In this document: positions 16,929 to 26,725 of the stretch, one piece after another
Layout of the letters: the number at the start of each line of letters is the position of its first letter
Position numbering within the stretch: the first letter of the stretch is position 1
DNA from: Minisyncoccia bacterium
GTDB taxonomy: Bacteria; Patescibacteriota; Minisyncoccia; UBA6257; 2-01-FULL-56-20
Assembly (NCBI GenBank): GCA_049997875.1
Contig: JBEKRC010000001.1
Coordinates: 14,775-78,774 of the forward strand
Direction: 5' to 3'
DNA: 64,000 nucleotides
Translations under genes and position numbers: made by a program
The notes under the pieces: model-generated
Told to the model about the DNA's origin: nothing
Seen by the model: the letters and a program-made list of their open reading frames with translations, nothing else
Databases searched by the model: none

Positions 16929-17897
16929 TCACTGTTCTAAATATTTAACTGTATTTTGGTGTTGTTCGTCAATGGTACGCGCAAAGATGGTTTTCCCCGT
17001 CTTCGGGTCGCTTATATAAAACCAATAGGGAGAGCTTGTGGGCGTGAGCGCTGCTTGGATCGCCGAAATGCCGGGATTTCCAATGGGGCCGGGGGGGAGC
17101 CCCTTGTATAAGTAGGTATTATAGGGGGAATCAATTTTCAAGTCAAGGGCGGCGCAGTCCGGAGCAGTAAACGGTTCTGCGGCCTGCAACGCGTAGCACG
17201 CTGTCGCGTCGGCCTGGAGCGGCATGTGGGCCTCAAGGCGCTTCCAAAGAATTCCCGCCACAATCTTTTGATCGGCGGGGTCTGCCACTTCTTTTTCTAC
17301 GATAGACGCCACAATAAGATCGCTCGTTGCATTCGCTTCGTCCCCCTGGAGGAGCGGCGCGGCTTTCACGTTAAAATCATCGGTCATTTTCTGCACCACA
17401 TCGCTCACCTCGGCATCGGTATAAAAGCGGTAGGTGTCGGGGAACAATGTTCCTTCCAAATCCTTCCCGCGCGCGAACGCAATGAGATCGCCGCGATGGA
17501 TCACAAGCGCATTGCCGAGGACCGCATCAATTTGATAAAGATTTGATCCTTCAGGAATAGTGACCGTTGTTTCCCTTCCTGACCCGATCGCGATCTCGCG
17601 AAGAATTTCCGGCGCCGACATCCCCGTATCCAATTTATACAAGCCCGGCTGCATGGAAAGCGCCGAACCATTGAGGAGAGAAAACGCTTCGGTCGCAAAC
17701 GCCGACCGCACGACGCCTGCATCGTGAAGCCGCCCGATGATCGTGCGGAACCCTTCTCCGGGCTTTATTTCAAAAACGACCGTGCCGTGAGCAGCGCTCG
17801 CTGGCCGCAGCTCGTACAAGAAAAATCCCAGTGCGGCGACGAGGAAGAAAAGCGCAAGTGAGCCAATAAAAAATTTTTTGGTGAGAAATGGCGGCAT
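16929..17897 (-). CDS. mltG: endolytic murein transglycosylase (YceG/MltG family)
   Basis: An N-terminal TM segment and the YNTYLYKGLPPGPIGNPG signature. Confidence 0.85.
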   Translation of the reverse strand: MPPFLTKKFFIGSLALFFLVAALGFFLYELRPASAAHGTVVFEIKPGEGFRTIIGRLHDAGVVRSAFATEAFSLLNGSALSMQPGLYKLDTGMSAPEILREIAIGSGRETTVTIPEGSNLYQIDAVLGNALVIHRGDLIAFARGKDLEGTLFPDTYRFYTDAEVSDVVQKMTDDFNVKAAPLLQGDEANATSDLIVASIVEKEVADPADQKIVAGILWKRLEAHMPLQADATACYALQAAEPFTAPDCAALDLKIDSPYNTYLYKGLPPGPIGNPGISAIQAALTPTSSPYWFYISDPKTGKTIFARTIDEQHQNTVKYLEQ

Positions 17898-17906
17898 GTT
17901 TCAGAA

Positions 17907-18953
17907 CTAGGATCGCTTGCGGATGGAATTTACCACGGCCAGCAGGAAAAAATTCGCGAACATACTGGAACCGCCGTAGCTTACGAAAGGGAGCGTGACG
18001 CCCACGACCGGCGTAAGCCCCGTCGCCGACCCCGCATTCAGGAGAAACTGCACCCCGAGCATCATCGCGGTGCCGAGGCAGATGAATTTCTCAAAATTCT
18101 CGTCAGCGAGCGAGCCGACCTTCAAAATCTGGAACACCAAAAAGAACATGGCGCCGATGACGACGAGCCCTCCCGCAACCCCCCATTCCTCCACGATGCC
18201 CGCAAAGATGAAATCCTGCGAAGGCTCCGACAGGAATCCGAGCTCCGTCTGCGTCCCCTGCCCGTAGCCCTTGCCGAAAAATCCCGCCGAACCCACGGCT
18301 ATCTTCGCTTGTGTGGAACTGTAATTGATCCCCAGGAGGTCCTGCGCAGGATAGAGGAATCCGACGATCCGTGCGCGGTGATAATCCTTGAGAACGTAGA
18401 ACCACACCGCAGTGGCGGCGAGCGCAAATACGAGCACCGCGACCGCGAGGCGCCGGAGCGGAAGGCCGGAGAGAAGAAGAAATCCGAACCAGATTGCAAA
18501 AAAGATGACCGCCGAACCCATGTCCGGCAGGCGTACCGCTATGGCCGCGGGGATCAGAAAAAACACGAAAGAGGTGATAATATGCCTCCACCGCGCGACC
18601 GCCAAATGTCTTCGGCTGAAATACCACGCATAAAGGAAAATAAGGGCCACTTTCATCAGCTCAACCGGTTGGAAGCTGAACGGACCTACGAAAATCCAAC
18701 TCTTCACGTTTCTTATGGCAGGGCTAAATAAATACGTAAAAACAATGAGGAAAAGCGCAAGAAGATAAATCGCCCACACGACCCATCGCGCATTGAACAC
18801 CATCCGCCAATCCACGTAAAGAAACAGGGCGACAAGCCCTGCGCCTATTGCAACCCAGGCGATTTGAAAATAAAAAAGGTGGGGTGAAACGGCGGAAAGA
18901 AGCGTGAGGCCCGCCGCGATCAAAATGCCGAGAGGAATGAAAAGTGCAAGCAT
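17907..18953 (-). CDS. SEDS-family peptidoglycan glycosyltransferase (RodA/FtsW)
   Basis: Polytopic membrane protein with GLTPVVGVTLPFVSYGGSS. The start is placed at the ATG at 18951-18953 (MLALFIPL). Confidence 0.8.
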   Translation of the reverse strand: MLALFIPLGILIAAGLTLLSAVSPHLFYFQIAWVAIGAGLVALFLYVDWRMVFNARWVVWAIYLLALFLIVFTYLFSPAIRNVKSWIFVGPFSFQPVELMKVALIFLYAWYFSRRHLAVARWRHIITSFVFFLIPAAIAVRLPDMGSAVIFFAIWFGFLLLSGLPLRRLAVAVLVFALAATAVWFYVLKDYHRARIVGFLYPAQDLLGINYSSTQAKIAVGSAGFFGKGYGQGTQTELGFLSEPSQDFIFAGIVEEWGVAGGLVVIGAMFFLVFQILKVGSLADENFEKFICLGTAMMLGVQFLLNAGSATGLTPVVGVTLPFVSYGGSSMFANFFLLAVVNSIRKRS

Positions 18954-18972
18954 GCAAGAAATGCGCCACGGG

Positions 18973-19746
18973 CTACGACCGAAGCGCGTAGGCAAACATT
19001 TTCGTGAGAGCTGGCTCAATCGTGACGCCGGGCGTCGCAGGATACATGACGGAGAAATCCACCGTTTGGTTCGGCGCAATGGTATCAATCACGGTCTGCG
19101 AAGCCCCGACTGGTTCTCCCGCAACGCTGTAAAAAATGGCGACAATGAGCACGTGGCTGAACGACGCCACCTCTCCGTTCGTGAGGCGTCCCATGACCGT
19201 AATGGTGCTTGAGGACATCTCGCTCCCCGTGACCGGCAGCGGATTCCCGAACCGCGGCGCAAGACCCATCGCCGAGGCGGTTACCCAGTCCGGATTCTTC
19301 GCCGCGAGCACCGCGTGGTCCACGGTCGTCGTCTCCGCGACATTGGCGAGCAATAGATATTTCACCTCGCCCGCATAGACGAAGGAATGGTCCGGAAACG
19401 ATTGGAGAAGTGTCCCCGACGCATCGTAAAGATCAAATGAGTAGTCAAAGTAGCCTGCCGCGAAGCCGGTATTGTGATTTTCTATCTGCGCAAGAAATGT
19501 ATAGTACCCGGGATTCGGGATAAATACGGAGACATTGTCCGTGATAAGGCCGTCGGTACCCGCGGGGATGCATACCTTGGCGCACGGGCCGCCGCAGTCA
19601 ATACCGGCCTCTCCCTGGTTTTGGATGTTGTCAAAACAAGACGGTGCCTTCCGTATGAACGCAAAATAAACGCCGGCGATAATGCCGATGAAAACAATGA
19701 GATATGCCACGCCGTAAACCGCCTGTTTCGTCCTCCGCGAGGCCAT
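18973..19746 (-). CDS. hypothetical membrane-anchored protein
   Basis: The 257-aa product has an N-terminal TM segment and no recognisable domain. Confidence 0.5.
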   Translation of the reverse strand: MASRRTKQAVYGVAYLIVFIGIIAGVYFAFIRKAPSCFDNIQNQGEAGIDCGGPCAKVCIPAGTDGLITDNVSVFIPNPGYYTFLAQIENHNTGFAAGYFDYSFDLYDASGTLLQSFPDHSFVYAGEVKYLLLANVAETTTVDHAVLAAKNPDWVTASAMGLAPRFGNPLPVTGSEMSSSTITVMGRLTNGEVASFSHVLIVAIFYSVAGEPVGASQTVIDTIAPNQTVDFSVMYPATPGVTIEPALTKMFAYALRS

Positions 19747-19793
19747 GCATCTATTGTACCGCCTTTTCGTTGTTACGTGCAGACAGATGAGCT

Positions 19794-20582
19794 TCAGCGA
19801 TTGTCTCGCTCCTTTCCCTTTTCAAGCTCCATCAGTTTCATGATTTCATCAACTCCTTCTTCAACCGTCTTTTCAATTTGATGAATCTCTGGATAATAAT
19901 CACCCCCAAATTCAACCCCTGGTTTTTTTTCTAGCTGCTGACCCATTTGCAATTTCAACTCGATATTAGAAATCTGTAATTGAATCTTTTGATCAATCTT
20001 ATTAAGGCGCTCAAACTCTTTCTCACGTTCTGCGGCTACCGCTTTTTCCTCTCTGCGTTCGACATATCTTTTTGAAACAGCACCTATCAATCCAGAAATA
20101 CTCATAAGCAAGGCCAGGGTGAGCGAAAGACGCATACGTCTTTCTTTTTTATACCTCCCGTGTTCGGTCTCAGCTCTTTTTATAAATCCCAGAAGATCCT
20201 TATTGATCTGAACTTTTTCTTCGGTGATATCTGGTGTTTCCCACCTTTTCCCTATCTCCGAGTTTATAACCTGGATGATGGTTTGCCGACGCTCTTCGGT
20301 CTCGCTGGGATCGATCAAAAGATCCAACGCATATTGGCGCTCCTTGACCCGCCTCCCATGGTGAAAATAGCCAGCCTCAATGGGCTCTATGCTGAACCCA
20401 CTAACAAATCCTTTTGAATGCAACTCGTCAGCAATTTTTTCCAACGCCTTCTGGTCCGTAAAAACCGTCCGAATCCTTACGGCTTCCACCATTTCAATTT
20501 CTTTCTTTTCCGGCGTGCCCATGTTCTCCGGCTCGCCCGGAACGCGTTCAGGCAGTTCCTCTTTGCTCATTGACTCCAACAT
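19794..20582 (-). CDS. hypothetical protein with a central TM segment and a coiled-coil C-terminus
   Basis: The 262-aa product is Glu/Lys-rich with no recognisable domain. Confidence 0.45.
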   Translation of the reverse strand: MLESMSKEELPERVPGEPENMGTPEKKEIEMVEAVRIRTVFTDQKALEKIADELHSKGFVSGFSIEPIEAGYFHHGRRVKERQYALDLLIDPSETEERRQTIIQVINSEIGKRWETPDITEEKVQINKDLLGFIKRAETEHGRYKKERRMRLSLTLALLMSISGLIGAVSKRYVERREEKAVAAEREKEFERLNKIDQKIQLQISNIELKLQMGQQLEKKPGVEFGGDYYPEIHQIEKTVEEGVDEIMKLMELEKGKERDNR

Positions 20583-20631
20583 ACCAAATCTTATCCAAGG
20601 TTACAAATATGCTGCAAAAAAACGGCCCTTT

Positions 20632-20752
20632 GATGTCGGCACATCCTACTTTCCCCGCAGGCGAACCCGCAAGTATCATGGGATCGGGGCGCTTTCACTT
20701 CTCTGTTCGGAATGGGAAGAGGTGGGACACGCCCGGATAGAGCACCGACATC
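20632..20752 (-). rRNA. rrf: 5S rRNA
   Basis: The reverse complement reads GAUGUCGGUGCUC...CCCACCUCUUCCCAUUCCGAACAGAGAAGUGAAAGCGCC...GUGCCGACAUC. Helix I terminal pairing is present. Confidence 0.85.
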
Positions 20753-21057
20753 AAAAGGTCGTTTTGCATGATGAGCGTGCATTTTGCAGACAGTACTCAG
20801 AAGGGCCGTCTGCAAAACGCACACTCACCATGTTCAACTCCATTTGTAGAAAATGGAACGAGCGCTTGCAAAATAGCTTTTGGACGAGAGCCCTTCCGAG
20901 TACTCTCGGACAAAAGCTATTTTGCAAGCACGAAGTCAGCATTGGGATGGTTGGCGGGATTATTAGTACTCCTCGGCTGAAACCCTCGCGGGCCTTACAC
21001 CTGGAGCCTATCAACGTGGTAGTCTTCCACGAAATCACACACACCTAATCTTGGGGT

Positions 21058-21091
<34 letters not shown>

Positions 21092-21231
21092 CTTCCCTAC
21101 ATAGCTACCCGGCAGTTCAGTTGGTACCAAAGCCGGTAGACCAGAGGTAGGTTCAGCAAAGTCCTCTCGTACTAATGCCAACTCCCCTCAAGTGTAAACG
21201 CCTGCAGCAGATAGAGACCGACCTGTCTCAC

Positions 21232-21892
21232 GCAATATATTACTTCACGTCATTACTGACGGTTTGGACTATACCACTATCTCGATCCGCATCGAGATAA
21301 TCGACGTTTTATGGAATTTTTCTTCCATCCAATCTTTTAGATTGAGTCTCTACGGGGTCAATGTATATAATTTTCGCTTCTTTGAATGATTTAATTCTCT
21401 GAAACGATCTACGGTCTTCATCAGCAGGTGAAAATCGTTTCGATCTTTCACCTCAGCTTTCTTATCTAAGATTTCCAGCATAAGCATTGCCTGTTCCTTT
21501 TTCAAAATGAGATATGGCTGGACCATTACGAGGAATGCGCGGATAGCGTCTTCTCTCGCGATGGTATATTCAACCATGCCGTCATTTCTCTCTCGGATAT
21601 ATCCGAGATCAATAAGAGAACAAATCTGCTCGAACTTTTTCAGTTCTTTCCAGAAATCCTGCAATATATGCTTTTTGTGCTGACGAAAGACTTTTACACA
21701 TGACTTCCCTCGGTATTATCCTATAACCATTCAGCGCATCAAAATACTTTTTAATATATTTTTAATGGTCATTATGGTATGCACGTCCACAGGTCATGGA
21801 CGATAGGACTTCACCGATATGAGTCAATTTTTTTCAATCCGCATTACTGCGAAAAGCCGCCGTGTTCGATCATCGTAAAGGGTTCTTTCGTT
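21232..21892 (-). mobile_element. group I intron in 23S rRNA at the E. coli L2593 (I-CreI/I-CeuI) site
   Basis: The exon reads ...GGGUUCAGACCGU | intron | CGUGAGACAGGUCGG. The 5' exon ends in U and the intron ends in G. Confidence 0.7.
21350..21664 (-). pseudogene. N-terminally truncated LAGLIDADG homing endonuclease remnant inside the L2593 intron
   Basis: The 104-aa frame matches the C-terminal half of single-motif LAGLIDADG enzymes. It has no ATG and no LAGLIDADG motif, and an in-frame stop lies 17 codons upstream. Confidence 0.5.
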
Positions 21893-22547
21893 GACGGTCT
21901 GAACCCAGCTCACGTGGGCTTTTAAATGGCGAACAGCCATACGCTTGGGAGCTTCTTCACCCCCGCGCTAGCCCGAGCCGACATCGAGGTGCCGAGCGAA
22001 GTCGTCGATAGGAACTCTCGGACTTCACCAGCCTGTTATCCCCGGAGTAGCTTTTATCCGGTGTCTCCGGCCTTTCTATCAAGAATGCCGTCGGGTCACT
22101 AACTTCTGCTTTCGCACCTGCTCGTCTTGTAGGACTCGCAGTCAAGCCGGCTTTTGCGTTTGCACGTCCTGCCCGATTTCCATCCGGGCTAAGCCGACCT
22201 TAATAAACTCCTCCGTTACTCTTTTGGAGGAAAACGCCCCATTTAAACTGCCTACCAAGCACTGTCTCGGTCGGGTTTATGCTTGCGCACTCCCCAATCG
22301 GTTAGACGTTAAAGTTTTAAAGATGGCTGTTTCATTGTCGGATCCACGATGCCCGAGAGCACCGCTTCAAATCCTCACCACTACGCTACGCAGTAAAACT
22401 CTAAAATCAATACCAAGCTGCAGTAAAGCTTCCGGGGTCTTTTCGTCCCGCTGCAGGTATCCCGCGTCTTCACGGGAATCGCATTTTCACCGAGCTTGCC
22501 TCTGAGACAGTTCTCCAGTCGTTACGCCTTTCGTGCGCTTCGGAACT

Positions 22548-22746
22548 TCATTCCTGTTGTCTTCGATTTCTCGAAGTGTCGGACTATATATTCATCCCGC
22601 CCATGCGGGAGCTTGCGTGTAGTCTCTACGGAGTCCCTGATCGAATCGGGGTTCCCTCGGTATTGCCCTATTTGCCTGTGCAAACGTAGGTTTCACCGAT
22701 ACAGCAAGTGCTTCAAGATCAATCACTTGATCAAGGGGCAAGTTTC
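22548..22746 (-). mobile_element. roughly 200-nt ORF-less insertion in 23S rRNA at about L1951 (possible small or degenerate group I intron)
   Basis: The exon reads ...UUUUCGGGU | about 197 nt | AAGUUCCGAAGCGCACGAA. The insertion ends in G. Confidence 0.45.
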
Positions 22747-22769
22747 CTTACCCGAAAAGGAATTGCGCT

Positions 22770-23517
22770 CAATTGTGTTAATCTGCATGTCGCCATGCAG
22801 TTCGGACCATATCTTCCCGCGATGCGGGTTCGGCATATGGTCTCTGAGGATTCTAGAAACGGATTTTCTTTCGATTCGTTTTTGAAGCAATGGTAAGAAT
22901 TTTATTCCATCCATCTTCTTTGAGATGGAGTTTTTTACTCATCATTTCCACTACCTTTTTGAACAAAACAAAATCGTTTTGCTTATAGGTCTTTAATGGA
23001 AATTGATCAAAAAATGGAATAATTATTTCTTTCAATTCCGAAATTGATCTCACGCAGTATCGATAAAGATGTTCGTTGTGATTATCGCATCGTTTATTAA
23101 GGACGATACTGCCACACCCGAAGAACTCTTTTATCGCTACGAGGGCGTTTAAACTTTTTGCGCCTTGCGTGATAACAAATTCCGGGAATAGTTGCTTTCC
23201 GAATCGAGTGGTTGAATTTTTGATCACCGAAATAACGAAGCTACCTTCGCCGTCGGTAAATCCAGATATCCAACTTGCCGTTTTTAGTCTTTCCTGCTGA
23301 TTGTCTGCACCGATCATATTTTCACTATACTCATGAAACATTAAATTTCTCTAAAGTTTTCATGAAATACAGTAATGTCGGATGCTCAGATGTTCCAGCA
23401 TATAGCCGATTAAAGGATATTCTGCAGGGCAGAATAGGCTGCGCTTTTATTTTGTTGTACCAAAGCCATAATCGTTCCAATCCTCGCCAGCACCTTTAAT
23501 AAATAAAGACGCGGGCG
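22770..23517 (-). mobile_element. group I intron in 23S rRNA at about L1931
   Basis: The exon reads ...AACUAUAAUCGUUCUAAGGU | intron | AGCGCAAUUCCUUUUCGGGUAAG. The intron ends in G and contains an intact homing endonuclease ORF. Confidence 0.7.
22853..23341 (-). CDS. LAGLIDADG homing endonuclease (intron-encoded)
   Basis: The 162-aa product has an N-terminal WISGFTDGEGSF (LAGLIDADG-type) motif, is AT-rich, and is on the same strand as the rRNA. Confidence 0.85.
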   Translation of the reverse strand: MFHEYSENMIGADNQQERLKTASWISGFTDGEGSFVISVIKNSTTRFGKQLFPEFVITQGAKSLNALVAIKEFFGCGSIVLNKRCDNHNEHLYRYCVRSISELKEIIIPFFDQFPLKTYKQNDFVLFKKVVEMMSKKLHLKEDGWNKILTIASKTNRKKIRF

Positions 23518-25132
23518 ACCTTAGAACGATTATAGTTATCGCTGACATTGACGAGGGCTTGAGTCAGTGAGCAATACATATTACTACATATCACCCCCAA
23601 CCTTGACCTTCTCGCATCGGTCAGGCGTCACCCCCTATACATCCTCTTGCGAGTTAGCAGGGAGCTGTGTTTTTGGTAAACAGTCGCCAGAGAAACTTTC
23701 GCTGCGGCTCCATCGAGACTGAAAGAAGGAAGGGAGGGGATCCTCCCTGAAGAATAATTTGGCCGGGCGGTGCACGACGCAGTAAAAACAAGGAGAGCCT
23801 AATCTCTTCATTCCTACTTGCAGTGAAACCGCGCACCACCCGATATGCCGTTTCCTTCTTTCAGCCCCGATAGAGCAGGCCATATTGCTAACGTACGGCC
23901 GCTTTTTTGCCGAGTTCCTTAGAGGCAAATCACTCGTTCCCCTTGGGCTTCTCGCCCTATCCACCTGTGTCGGTTTACGGTACGGATCCTTTGCAACGTA
24001 ACCGCCGCGCTTTTCTCGGAAGGCTCTTCGTGCGTGTTGATGAGGTAAATTCCTCACCTTCCGCCGATCCTTGTTGAACTTCGGACCAGCGATACCAAAC
24101 CAATAAGGCATACGCACCTATTTCCTTCGCACACGACGGATAATCACAAAGGAGGGCTGGAATATTAACCAGCATTCCATCAGCTGCGGCTTTCGCCATC
24201 GCCTTAGGATCGCCTAACCCGTGGTTGATTGCCAGTGCCACGGAAACCTTGGATTTTCGGGGTTCCAATTTCTCATTGGGATTGTGGTTACTCATACCAA
24301 CATTTTCTCTTCGTATCGCTCCACTCGCCCTCACGGGTCGGGCTTCACTGCAATACGAATGCTCTCCTACCACTCACCGATCCCGAAGGATCGGCGAATC
24401 CGTATCTTCGGTACCATGCTTAGCCCCGGTACATTTTCGGCGCCACCACCCGTCGAATAGTGAGTTGTTACACACTCTTTAAAGGATGGCTACCTCTAAG
24501 CCAACCTCCTATCTGTCTATGGGTGATGACTACCTTTAACACTTAGCATGGATTTGGGGACCTTAGATAACGGTCTGGGCTCTTCCCCTCGCGACCACGG
24601 AGCTTAGCCCCCGCAGTCTGACTAGTGCGGGATCCGCCTGCGGTATTCGGAGTTTGATTGATCGATCGGCCTTTCGGCCTTTACCGATCATCCAGTGCTC
24701 TACCCCCGCAGGATTTTCCGCACCGCTAGTCCTAAAACTATTTCGGAGAGAACCAGCTATTACCGAATTCGATTAGCTTTTCACTCCTTACCTCAGCTCA
24801 TCCGAGAGTTTTGAACAACTCACCAGTTCGGGCCTCCCCTTCGATTTCTCGAAGGTTCACCCTGGCCAAGGCAAGCTCATCCGGCTTCGGGTCTACCTTG
24901 TGCTGCGATCCCACTCAATAAATTGAGTGGGATGTACGCCCTATTAAGACTCGCTTTCGCTATGCCTGCACGCTATGCGCGTTTAGACAAGCAACACAAG
25001 ATAAGTCGTTGGCTCATTCTTCAATAGGCACATTGTCGCACCGCGCGGACACATTGCTGCGTCCACGCTTAGTGCTTCAATTCCTTGTAGACAAATGGTT
25101 TCAGGTTCTATTTCAACGGCCTCACCGGCCTG

Positions 25133-25169
<37 letters not shown>

Positions 25170-25859
25170 ATCTAGAAAAGTATTTAGCCTTACCTGATAG
25201 TACAGGCAAATTCCTTCGGGACTTATTTACCCCGAAGTACTCAAGTTGAAAAACTAAGGAGATCGTAAGTTTTCGCCTACGGGACTATCACCCTCTTTGG
25301 CCCCGCCTTTCCAGGCGGCTTCGGCTAACCAACGATTTTTTTACTCCTCCTTATTTCACCAATCGCCGAATCCCCGGGACGTGCCCGGAAACTCGGCGAC
25401 CAGTAAAACAGCGTCTCTCTCTTATAACCCCAAGGTCCGATCTTGCGATCAGAACCTTAGTTTAGGCTCTTCCCTGTTCTCTCGCCGATACTAAGGGAAT
25501 AAACTGATTTGTTCTATGTTCCTTTGGCTACTGAAATGTTTTACTTCGCCAAGTACGCGAATCGGCTTGCGCCGAAACAATTACGGTTTACGTAATTAGG
25601 TTTCCCCATTCGGACATCCCCGGATCACAGGTTGCTACGCACCTCCCCGAGGCGTATCGTCGCTACGCCACGTCCTTCATCGCCTTTTCTAGTCAAGGCA
25701 TCCACCATTCGCCCTTATTGAGATCCGTCTTGCGACGGAAATGCCAACCATCCCAATGCTGACTTTTACTTATTGAGACTGAGAGAAGGAGCGGAAAAGT
25801 TTGGTGATGGTTACCATTCCTCCGCTACTTTCAATATGTTGTTCTCCTGAGCCTGAGTT

Positions 25860-25935
25860 TGGAGCGCGAGACGGGATTTGAACCCGCGACTTCTGCCTTG
25901 GCAAGGCAGCACTCTACCGCTGAGTTACTCGCGCT
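25860..25935 (-). tRNA. tRNA-Gly (GCC)
   Basis: Canonical cloverleaf GCGCGAG...CUGCCUUGCCAAGGCAG...GGGUUCAAAUCCC...CUCGCGCUCCA with CCA encoded. It lies just upstream of the 23S 5' end. Confidence 0.85.
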
Positions 25936-25970
25936 CACGACTCATGAGAAAAAAGAACCTTTCGAAGGCT

Positions 25971-26047
25971 GGCTGGCCCGACGGGATTCGAACCCGTGTT
26001 TCCACCTTGAACGGGTGACGTCTTAGCCGCTAAGACGACGGGCCAGC
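25971..26047 (-). tRNA. atypical tRNA-like gene (9-bp acceptor stem; anticodon UUC if the 7-nt loop CGUUCAA is used)
   Basis: GCUGGCCCG...CGGGCCAGC forms a 9-bp acceptor stem. The T-arm ACGGG-UUCGAAU-CCCGU is canonical. The D region is a self-complementary CGUCUUAGC-GG-GCUAAGACG. G sits at position 33. Confidence 0.45.
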
Positions 26048-26454
26048 ATAACATTCCTTCTCTCAGTCTCAATAAGACATACTCTGCTCGCCACGAGAAA
26101 TTGCCACGGAAAACAAAATTTAAAAATGCGATTATATTTTCCGGGGATCCCAACTCGCGCTGGGGTTAAGATGTGACGCAGAGCTTCTGCTATTACGCAC
26201 CTCCGACTCTACAATTCGGAGCCGCCCGATAGTTCATCCAGGCGAATGATGTTAAATTGCTCTTTTCATACGAATCCCAAGTAAAAAATCAGCCGCACAC
26301 GGCGGCTTATCCAGTGCGCAAAAACGCGCGGTTCAGCCGCTGTGATTTGAAAGATTTAATGCCTTGTCCATTCGTATCAGTCCATTATACGCAGGCCCAA
26401 AAGCATGTCAAGTGCCGTTTTCCTGACCACTTCCCTGTTCAATTCCCTAATCAA

Positions 26455-26612
26455 AAAGAATGTAAGCAGGGGTTTACAGCGGACCGCGCAGCCCCGATTG
26501 GCTAGGTCCGAAATGCCATTGCGTGCATTTCGGCAATCGGGGCGAGCGACAAGAAAAAATTCTCGCAGGAAGAATTTTATTCTGGCGCTGTAAACCCCTG
26601 CTTACATTCTTT
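26455..26612. repeat. MITE-like palindromic element with perfect 27-bp terminal inverted repeats abutting the tRNA-Pro 3' end
   Basis: 26455-26481 (aaagaatgtaagcaggggtttacagcg) is the exact reverse complement of 26586-26612. The 104-nt interior has nested hairpins (gccccgattg/caatcggggc, ccgaaatgc/gcatttcgg) and contains tcgcaggaa, which is shared with hairpin H1. Confidence 0.6.
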
Positions 26613-26613
26613 G

Positions 26614-26684
26614 TCGGGCCGCTGGGAATCGAACCCAGACCGCACGCACCCGAAGCGTGTATACTGCCACTATACGACGGCCCG
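26614..26684 (-). tRNA. tRNA-Pro (CGG)
   Basis: CGGGCCG...CACGCUUCGGGUGCGUG...CUGGGUUCGAUUCCCAG...CGGCCCGA. The anticodon loop is UUCGGGU. Confidence 0.85.
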
Positions 26685-26725
26685 TTATCTAAAGTATTTA
26701 ACCTTCTTTCCGGAAATAATTCAAC

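Noticed and set aside
20603-20631. Intrinsic terminator after 5S rRNA (gggccg followed by T7)
   Set aside because: A U-tract is present but no convincing upstream stem could be drawn. Termination here is plausible but unsupported.
21350-21664. Calling the 104-aa intron ORF an intact homing endonuclease
   Set aside because: It opens with TTG, lacks the N-terminal LAGLIDADG motif, and an in-frame stop lies 17 codons upstream. It is treated as a degenerate remnant.
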